Assembly: GCA_013265495.1 (NCBI GenBank)
Contig: MU062948.1
Coordinates: forward strand, 124,001 to 188,000
Source of the DNA: Vicugna vicugna
Taxonomy: Eukaryota
DNA length: 64,000 bases
Direction of reading: 5' to 3'
Positions 35,110 through 44,614 of the stretch are shown here, in pieces. The notes below the pieces were generated by a model. The model made no database searches, was not told the origin of the DNA, and saw nothing but the letters and a program-made list of their open reading frames with translations. Numbering within the stretch: position 1 is the first letter of the stretch; each line of letters opens with the position of its first letter. The translations under genes were made by a program, and so were the position numbers.

Positions 35110-35540
35110 GTATGCATGAGTTTCCTAGGATTGTCATAACAAATGACCACAAACTCAGTGGCTTAGAACAAGAGACATTTATTCTCTCATATTCTGGAGT
35201 CTAGAAGTCCAAAATCAAGGTGTCAACAGGGTGCTGCTTCCTTTGAAGGCTCCAGGGAAGACTCTGTCCTTGGCTCCTCCTAACATCTTGGGGCCCGAGT
35301 AATCCTTGGGGTGTCTTGGCTTCTAGTTGTAAGTCACGCCAGTCTCTGACTCCATCATCACATGGCTTTCATTCCTCTGTGTGTATCTTTGTGCATCCTC
35401 TTCTCTTCTTATAAGGACAGCAGTCATTGGATTTAGCACCCACCCTAATCCAGGATGACCTCATCTTAACCAATTACACCTGCTAAGGCTCTAATTCCAA
35501 ATAGGGTTATATCCTGAGATTCCAACGAGTGGTCGAGGGC
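35110..35540 (-). mobile_element. MLT1B/C-like LTR
   Basis: aacaaatgaccacaaactcagtggcttagaaca, agaagtccaaaatcaaggtgtc, attggatttagcacccaccctaatccagga. Confidence 0.82.
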
Positions 35541-36685
35541 ACTATTCAACTTATTACGTTTGTTAAAGGACACTAATCAGGATGTGGCAAGAATTTATTT
35601 GCTGATAGATGTTTAACAGTTCACATGAATTGTAACTTAATTAACATGGGAATATTGAAGGCTACATAAAGCCATACAAGTTATAGAGAGGCACGTGTAC
35701 CAAATATCCCTTAAGTTTAACCTGGAGAACTAAACAAAAATTTGGAAGTGGTCATGTAACCAGTATCAGTTATGATTGAAGCATCCTGGAACTATGAAAG
35801 ACAATAAAAAAAAGGGAATAGGAAAACACCTATTTTTCATAAGGAAAGTAAAGTGAAATCCAGAAACTGCTAAATTTTCTGCCAGGTCTGTGTATGTAAA
35901 TGCTGGAACCTAACTGACTAGTTTCCAGTGCGGTTCACCTCCTCCAGGGAGAGACTGTATTTAGAATGCCTTTGGGGCTCAGCAGTTTATATAAATTGTT
36001 TATTAAAGGTTAGGAACAATGTATCACTTTGCATGTGTTAAGCAGATGGGGGCTCTGAGAGAGCCCCCTTGGGGGATTTCATTAAACTATTGACGTTTAG
36101 CAGTTCCTTGCTGAACCATTGTTTTCATTAATTGTTTAAACTATTACAGAAGCATGGAGGGTTTAAGGATTTCTTTCCCCGGGTTTATTGAGGTCTAAAA
36201 ACAATTAATGAATAAAACTGTAATAGGTTTAAAGTGTGCAACATGATGATATGATATGTGTATACACTGTGAAAGGATTCCCACAATCAAGTTAACACAC
36301 ATACGCTTTTTTTTTTTTTGGTAAGAATACTTAAGATCTAATTAGCTAATTAGCTAATCTAGTTAGCTAATTTCAAGTATACAATACAGTATTATTAACT
36401 ATAGTCACCATACTGTACATTAGATCCTCAGAACTTACTCATCTGATAACTGAAAGTTTGTTTCCCTTGACCAATATTTCCCCCACCTACCAGCCTCTGG
36501 CTCCCACCATTCTATTCTCCGTTCCTATGAGATCAGTTTGTTTGTTTATTTAGATTCCACATATAAGTAAGATCATATAATATATGTCTTTCTCTGTCTG
36601 GCTTATTTCACTTAGCATAATGCCCTCCAACCTCATTCATGTTGTTGAAAACAGTAGAATTTCCTTTTTATGGCTGAATAATATT

Positions 36686-36723
<38 letters not shown>

Positions 36724-36754
36724 GCATTTTCTTAATCCATTCATCCATCAGTGT

Positions 36755-36911
36755 NNNNNNNNNNNNNNNNNNNNNNNNNNNNNNNNNNNNNNNNNNNNNN
36801 NNNNNNNNNNNNNNNNNNNNNNNNNNNNNNNNNNNNNNNNNNNNNNNNNNNNNNNNNNNNNNNNNNNNNNNNNNNNNNNNNNNNNNNNNNNNNNNNNNNN
36901 NNNNNNNNNNN
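36755..36911. other. N-run (157 nt) inside L1
   Basis: Direct reading. Confidence 0.99.
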
Positions 36912-37425
36912 ACTTCAGTACTGTTTCCCATAGTGGCTGCACCAATTTACATTTCTACCAACAGTGTACAAGGGTTACTTTACTCCACATTTGCCAGTGT
37001 GTGTTACCCCTTTTTTTGGTAGTTGTTAACCCTTTTTAAAATAATAGACATCCTAACAGGTGTGAAATGATATTTCATTGTGGTTTTGATTTGCATTTAT
37101 CTGATGATTAGTGATGTTGAGCACCTTTTTGTATACCCATTGGCCATTTGGATGTCTCCTTTGTAAAAATGTCTCTTCAGCTCTTTTGCCCATTTTCAGT
37201 TGGGACATTTGATTTTTTTTTGCTTTGTTTGTTTGTTTTTGCTACTGAGTTATAAGAGTTCCTTATACATTTTGGATATTAACGCCTTATCAGATAGCCG
37301 CTCGCATTCCAGAGGATGCCTTTTCATTTGGTGGATGGTTTCCTTGGGTGTGCGGAAGCTTTTGTTTGATACAGTCTCACTTGTTTATTTTTGCTTTTGT
37401 TGCCTGTGCTTATAATATCATAGCC

Positions 37426-37578
37426 NNNNNNNNNNNNNNNNNNNNNNNNNNNNNNNNNNNNNNNNNNNNNNNNNNNNNNNNNNNNNNNNNNNNNNNNNNN
37501 NNNNNNNNNNNNNNNNNNNNNNNNNNNNNNNNNNNNNNNNNNNNNNNNNNNNNNNNNNNNNNNNNNNNNNNNNNNNNN
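37426..37578. other. N-run (153 nt) inside L1
   Basis: Direct reading. Confidence 0.99.
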
Positions 37579-39025
37579 CAGTTTCCCCAACACCACTTAC
37601 TGAAGAGACTGTCTTTTCCCTTGTTTCATATTCTTGGCATGTTTGTTGAAAACAAGTTGACCGTATGTGTGTGGATTTAAGATTTTGTTGATGCAGCCCC
37701 TGTAAAAGGAGGAGGAGGAGGGTTTGGGTTAGATAATGGGGGAATCCTGTTTAACATTCATTTGCTGGTAAACCAGTGGCCTGTACACCTTTTCCTGCCC
37801 TGCAGGTGCTGGGCTAGGTTCCTTGGTCTCTCCTTGGCTCCAGCTGCCTTTAACGTAAGAAGTAGAGATGAAAAGCCGTCCCATCAGAAGTCCTGCTGCT
37901 GAGTGGAGTGCTTGTGTGCAGCCACGCTGTCCTGGGCTGCCCCTTGCCACCCCTTCCAGTGAGTTCCCCAGGCTGGCCGTCAAAACGCCTGAGTGTTCTC
38001 CTCCAGGGGCAGGTCCCAGACGCTGCTGCCCTTGAACCCCCCCAGCCCTGCAACTGGTGGGTTTGTCCAGAGCTTTGCTGCTGTAGCATTGCCGACACCC
38101 TTCCTGCCTGACTCCGCAGACCCTTCAGGAGGTAGTCTAAGGTAAATCCCTGGTGCTTTCAGGTTGTGTCCTTGGATTCCTTCTGAGTGCCCGCTTTCAT
38201 GGGCTGAGTCTCCCAGCGGGCCACCCTGTCCCAGCCTACACCAGTCAGCAGGACTGAGGAGCACTCTGAGAGAAACTGCTTTGGTGACTGGAACTTAAAA
38301 GACGGTTTGGAGCCACAGAATGTCTGGACTAGAAAGAGCATTTGAAGCTGTCCAGCTCTGTGTTGTTAATTTTCTTGTGAGGAATTTGGAGTCCAGAGAA
38401 TCTAGCTCTACAGTGTTAATTTACTGATGCAGACACATTGCGGCCCAGGTAATTTAAGTGGCTGGTCCAGGATACCACAGTTATTAGCTGGCAGAGCTGG
38501 GCACCAGCTCTGTCTTTCCCAGACGCCAGACTTGTCCTGGGATTCACAGTGACAGCCCACAACCCTGCCACGCCAATGCCACGCCTGGACACAGCCACAC
38601 AAGGACTGCTGAGGCTGCATTCAGACCCACACGCGCATCGTGTCATCTTGCACATGTTACCAAGTCCCTCCAGGCCTCAGTTTCACCATCCACATTGAAG
38701 GCATAGAACTCAACTTACAGAGCTGTCGTGTGGATTATGTGAAATAGTATGTAAGGTTTTCACAGGACAAGTCCTGACAAAAACACTTAGAATAAATATA
38801 CGTTGTATTGCATTTTGAAGGATTCATTTACTCGGCTTTGTTTTCCCCTGTCATCCCTTTTCCCTTTGTCCCCCTTCACATTTATGGGGCTCACTGCTTG
38901 CCACCTCAGAAGGGATGTAACAGGAGAGAGCAGAAATAGCCTATCCCTCTTCCTGAATTTTTTCCCCAAAGCCCAATCTCCAGGATCAAGGAGGAACCCC
39001 AGATACAAACTAAAAGTCTTGGCAA

Positions 39026-39533
39026 TGTTGGTGAAAATAATAAACAATCTATAATAGAAACAGCAAAAGGTATTTGAGCCAAACTGAGGACTACAGCCTG
39101 GGAGACATCCTCTCAGAGAGCTCTGGGGAACTGTTCCAAAGATGTGTGATTTTTCAGCACAGTTTTATATCTTGTCAGGACCAAGAACATCAATCGTGAC
39201 AGAGGTACATTCCTTCCAGGTTTCGAAAAGGACAGATCAGCACATACACAGCAGGTCAGAATGGCCTTGGCACCTGGAAAGGGAGCCTTATTATCAAAGG
39301 AGCACCAGCGGTAATGCCCCAGGTAGGGAGGCATTTAATCTTTATCTTTAAAACCAACATTCCTTACTTCTGGCCAATGCACCCTTTCCTTTACTGGTTG
39401 AAGCATTTGTACGGTGTACCTTCGATAAGCCACAAAATGGGCTGTTCCAGTTAGTATATTCAAGTTCCAGTTAAGCCATGCATGAGCGAGAATAACGCCC
39501 CCATACATCAATATCTGGACATTTCTTTTATCA
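39026..39533 (-). mobile_element. ERV1-type solo LTR (508 bp)
   Basis: TG...CA termini; 4-bp TSD GCAA at 39022-39025 and 39534-39537; minus-strand GATATAAAA TATA box. Confidence 0.85.
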
Positions 39534-40244
39534 GCAAGAAGCCTGAGGGCAAAATTTAAAAAGGACAACTTTGGAATGGAGGAAGTGAGAGAGGTGAGGG
39601 GTGCTATAGGTCCTGGGTGAAGAGGGAAGAGGCCTTATGCTCCAGAATGGCCTCTGGGTTTGTCCAAGCAAATGAGAAGACAGGGAGGCTCCCCCAAAGC
39701 CCCCTGACCTACCCAAGTGTGGTGGGAGCCCAAGAGACCACACAGATGCAGACGGCAAGTCGAAGCTGACCAGAGCCCTCATTACCCCTACTTGGGCATC
39801 ACCATCATATTGACTCACGGCAAAATTCCAGGTGGCAGAAGGGTCTCCCAGACCATGGCCCCGTCCTCAGTGGGAAGATGCCCAGGAATGAGTTTAATCT
39901 TCTATCAGTTGGGAGGAAGGGAACTTGAGTTTGGAAATTTTAAGTTGAATTATAGAAAATAAAGGAGAAAATAAACCCCTACTTGTTGCAGATGTCGTGG
40001 GTAAGCGTTGAGGCCCAAGAAGAGGCTCTGCCAGCCGCTCGTGCCCTGCCCGTACCTCGGCGTGCTGCCTGGTGGGCCCAGAGCCGAGGAGGAGGGGATG
40101 ATGCAGGGGAGGGCCCTGCTCACGCCCCTCCACGGCCTTCCCAGCACAGCCAGCAGCAGATCCGGCTTCTGTGGGGCCTGAAACTGAAAACTCTGTGGTC
40201 CTCTTACTTAAGGGGTCAAAAAGGACAGGCTTTCAGTTATAAAT

Positions 40245-40510
40245 AAGTCAGTCCTGGGGAGGTAATGTACAGCATGGTGACTGTCGTTCAGAATGCTGGG
40301 TTGCATATTTGAAAGTTGCTAAGAGAGTAGATCTTAAAGGTTTTCATCACAAGAAAAAAATTTGTAACTATGTACAGTGACAGATGTTAACTAGGCTTAC
40401 GGGGGTGATCATTTTACAATATATATAAGCATTAAATCAGATAGCAAATCATTATGTTGTACACCTGAAACTAATATAATGTGTCAATTACATCTCAAAA
40501 AAATGGAAAA
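40245..40510 (+). mobile_element. L1MA9/L1MB-like 3' terminus
   Basis: aaagttgctaagagagtagatcttaaa...catcacaagaaaaaaatttgtaactatgt...gttgtacacctgaaactaatata. Confidence 0.8.
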
Positions 40511-42890
40511 CACAAAATTACAAATATAAAATGAGGGACAAAGGTGAATATTTAGAATTAAGAAAAGAAAATCCAACCTATTGCTAACTTTGAAAAAACT
40601 GGCAACTACCACAAACATGACAAAATGTTGAAAAATAACAACAAACGTTATCAAAGTGTCAAATGCAACTAAAATCCCTTTTCCGCATATTTAGCTGCAG
40701 ATCTTTGATCCCGTCCACATGTGACAACAATTTCATACTATCATTTTCTACAGAGAGAAAAGAAATATAATTCAGTCTTTCCATGGTTGATTGAAATTTG
40801 TTTTTTATTACCCCTGGTTGGAATGCACAAAAGAAGCAACTTCACCACAGACATACTTGATGTTTTTATTATTGCTATTGCTTTGTGGCCTAGAAACACA
40901 AGGATTCTGATAAATTCAAATGTGTGCATTGTCACATATTTTTAATTAAAATATACATTTTATGGAGTTACATTATAGTGAAAAAAATGGGATTTTTAAT
41001 TTTGTCATCCTTGTAATCATTAAAGTAAGAAGAGCAAATAACAAATTACTGTCTTGGATTTTATTCAGAAGAAACATAATGTTGCACTGACACGGTTTTA
41101 AATGTTTTCACGTGAAAAGTGTGTTTTGGCCCTGTCTTATTTAATATTCAGGCCTGTGCTGCACTGAGGTAGCTAGCATAGGGAAGTGTAACACTGGATT
41201 TTTCTTTTCTTATGTGGTTTACATAAGAAATGTAAGGTTTGAGAAAGTTCTCAGCCAGCAGCCACTTGTTTTTATAATTTCTTGATAAAGGAGTTAATCA
41301 CATTGTCAGAGAGCGGACGTATGAGTCTTACTTAAGACTAATGGGTTGAGTGACAGGAGATTCTTTGGGAAACTCAAAGGAGGGCTAACGTGAAACCCAG
41401 CCATCAGGTGTGTGTCTTTGTCTGCAGGTACTGACCGTGACCGTGCTGCCAACAGCCAAGAGCCAGGTGCCCTTTTATTCCTGTCCTTCTCATTCTTGTC
41501 CTGTTTCTTCTTGTGGGATATTTCCTTATTTATGTTTCTACTCTATTCTACCAAAATGAGGAATAAACCCGAAAAGTTTGACTGCTCCTGAGATTGGGGG
41601 CTGGCTGGTGGAATGATTCAGACAGAGGCTGGCTCTGTGCTTTGTGCTCCGCTCTGCCATTCCAGCAGCTTCATGAGTGCTGTGTGTTTTTAAATCAGAA
41701 GAGTGTATCTTAGTGAGTTGAACTTGTGCTGATTGTGATTTTTCACTAAATACCTTACTCTTCAATTTTTTTAAATTAATGTTAACACTTTTAATAAGTA
41801 TACATTTTTTAAAAATTTAGTAAGAAGGCTGGTGTTTTACAGTTTTCTAAATTTCTTTCATGTCTAGTTTAATGGAAGACAGCTGCATGCAATCTGTCAC
41901 AATATGCTGTTGGAGTTAAGTGTATGAAGAAAACTTATTTCACCTATTAAGAGGAGCATTCTGATACTTTTTTCCAGGTAACTGTGGATAATCTTTGACT
42001 TGACATCAACTTGACAGGTAGTAGTTTCTTAAAGGCTACCTGCAATGTTGAATCTGAAATCATATCAATGAATTTTTTTATATCCCATTGATAATAAAAT
42101 CCATTGGTCTTTTTTGCACTTGGAATAGATCTTTTTTTCCCCTTTTTGAAAAAACTGCAGTATAGTCAATTCACAATGTTGTGTTAATGTATGGTGTATT
42201 TATGATTATATGTGCTGCATTATTTAGTATATTCCTGGCAGGAAAGATCTTCCATTTTAAGCAGACATTGTTGAGAACTGATTTCTCCATTTAAAATTGT
42301 ACCTGTCTGAAGACTAAAAGGATTTTCTGCACTCTAGTTACTGATCTCTTACTTTAGAAACCTAGTTTCTCCTCCACAACCCACATCCTTCCAGTGCCCA
42401 GCACCAGAGAACGTGTTCACATCATCGTGGGACAGCTGGCTCTGCGCTGTTGTGCCAAGATGCCAGTGAGCCAGCAGCCAGCCATAGGAGTGCTCCCGGA
42501 AACTACTCCCAAACCGGAACAGCTAGCTAGTACTTAACTACACACAGAAATGACTGCGATCACATAAGTGTATCCCACTGACCCCAAACTAAATGTATTC
42601 TCAATTTAACCTTGTCTCTTTTTGCTCTGTCCTCTTCTTCCTACCTCCGTGTGCTCACAGAGCCTGGAAGTCAAGTGGCCAGCTTGAAACCACAGGGATG
42701 AAAGGCTCACGCTGAGGCTGAGAAGAAGCCTGGTTTACTGAAGATTTCCCTACACTAGCCCTGGACTTTTATGTTAAAATGTGTATACCTCCCCACCCAC
42801 TGCTGAGCTGTTGTTTGTTGGGGTTTCTGTTACTTGCTGCCAGATACACTTGCACATCTGGATTAGCCATGTCAATAAGGGATGTTTAAG

Positions 42891-43003
42891 GGGGGGAGGG
42901 TATAGCTCAGTGGTAGAGTGCATGCTTAGCATGCACGAGGTTCAATCCCCACTACCTCTATTAAAAAATAAACAAACCTAGTTACCTCCCCCACCCCAAA
43001 AAA
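42891..43003 (+). mobile_element. Vic-1-like SINE with a small deletion before the B box
   Basis: ggggagggtatagctcagtggtagagtgcatgcttagcatgcacgaggttcaatcccc..., C-run, A-tail. Confidence 0.85.
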
Positions 43004-43141
43004 GGAGGCTCTAATATAGACTGATGAAAAAAGGCCCATGGAGACCTTGGCCATGGTAGGACCCCTGAGGAGCCTTGAAAATCCAAACCATCTGAAACCC
43101 AAGAATTCAGAGGCTTCTACTACTTTGGTGCTGGTTATTGC

Positions 43142-43154
43142 TGCCATCTAGTGG
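43142..43154 (-). promoter_or_regulatory. CTCF consensus site
   Basis: Minus strand (TG)CCACTAGATGGCA(GC). Confidence 0.7.
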
Positions 43155-43259
43155 CAATATTTTGGAACTAAAACTCTTTCTGGCTATGAACTGTTTTGTT
43201 TCTCTTTTTTCTCTGAAGTTCTTTCTTCTTTCCTTACCTCATTCATTCATTCGCTCACT

Positions 43260-43740
43260 CATTTATGTGTTTATTCTCCAAATACTTTATAAGGGTGTAC
43301 TATGTGTGGTGGGCCCTCATAAATACAATAAGGAAATATAATAACGAAGGGGGAAATCCAGCTCCTTGCCCCCTTGAAACATACACACTCGGGGAAGATA
43401 GCCATTCATCAAATTAAAAGATGAAAAAGTACTACTGGAAAAGGCTATCAGAGAAGAGCATGGTTTTCTGAGAGTCGCTGATAGAGATTTGACTTAGAGG
43501 GGAGATGGGTAGGAGGTCATAGAGGGTTTTCCTGAGAATGTTCTGATTGGCCTGAGATCTCTGGTATAACCAGGTTAGGAAGGGAGTTTTCTGGGCGGTG
43601 AGAGCAGTCATGAAAGTGAGTTGCAATGAAGGGAGGGAGTGTGTTGAGTACAAGGGAATAAAAAGAAGGCCATGTGTTTAGATTAGTACTTGATACTAGG
43701 CATTCTAGTTTCTGAATTGAGACTGTTTGTGATTTAACTG
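43260..43740 (-). mobile_element. L2 fragment
   Basis: Antisense L2 text (cattcattcattcgctc, gatttgacttagagggga...gtcatagaggg, gcagtcatgaaagtgagttgcaa). Confidence 0.6.
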
Positions 43741-43789
43741 TAGGGACCATTATTTTACCTGAGCATGAACTGCAAAGATGTCAGCTAAC

Positions 43790-44027
43790 AGACAGATCCT
43801 TGGAACACTCCACCCAACTACAGAAGAGTACACATTCTTCTCAAGAGCACATGGAACATTCTTCAGGATAGACCATTATGCTAAGCTGTGAAACAAGTCT
43901 TGATAAATGTAAAAGGATTAAAATCATATCAAAATATGTTCTCTGACCTCCTACATTTTGGAGAGGGTATGGAGAAAAGCGAGCCCTCCTACACTGTTGA
44001 TGGGAATGTAGTTTGGTGCAGCTGTTG
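43790..44027 (+). mobile_element. L1 ORF2 fragments: endonuclease end fused to the C-terminal Cys-rich region
   Basis: From 43820 it translates TEEYTFFSRAHGTFFRIDH (L1 EN). From 43959 it translates WRGYGEKRALLHC*WECSLVQ (ORF2 C-terminus). Confidence 0.8.
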
Positions 44028-44389
44028 TATGTGGTATAATTTACCCCAACTCAGATCCTTCAGCCTTCCAAACATTTGTGTCCTATACTACAGGACAGTG
44101 AGGTGGTGATGACTGTCATTGCAAGGAAAAGGAATGAGGAGGCTACATCTGACTCTTCACTCTCAACCAATACTGGCCGCTGATGCCGACCTGAGCGCAG
44201 CAAGACAATATGGGAAACCTTTCTCCAAATTGGCCCATCTTTCCAGGTTCACCTCTTTCTTTGGATCTGTGAACAGCATTGAAGAGCGTGCATCAGAATT
44301 CTGGAAGATACCAGCTAACTTGAAGTTTTTAAGCCGACGGAAGTCCTTCTATTTATTAACTTCCTCCTAGGTTCGAGCAAGTAATGGTT

Positions 44390-44614
44390 GGCCACAACAA
44401 AGATGGCGGCAGCGGCTTCACACGGCGACGCCATTCGTCAACCAGCGGGACAAGGTCACTTAGTTCCGGCCTGACTGTTTGACATCACTTCCGGCCCCGG
44501 CCGGCGGCTTGCTCGCCTCTCTTCCTGCTTGAGCGTGGATGTGAGAACCTAGGTGAGTGGACTCCGAGCACTGGGAGTCTAGCGGAGGGAGTCGGAGAAT
44601 GTGGGGCCAGCAGC
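44390..44614 (+). promoter_or_regulatory. TRMT12 promoter / 5' leader (small CpG island)
   Basis: CpG-rich. Perfect YY1 motif AAGATGGCGGC at 44400-44410; ETS/GABP motif CACTTCCGG at 44486-44494 overlapping CRE-like TGACATCA at 44480-44487. Confidence 0.8.

Larger units (their letters stand above)
36170..37680 (-). mobile_element. L1 (L1MA/MB-like) 3' portion containing a (GT)n tract and two N-runs
   Basis: Antisense L1 3' UTR/ORF2 text (ttagattccacatataagt, ttttgatttgcatttatctgatgattagtgatgttgagcacc). Confidence 0.88.
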
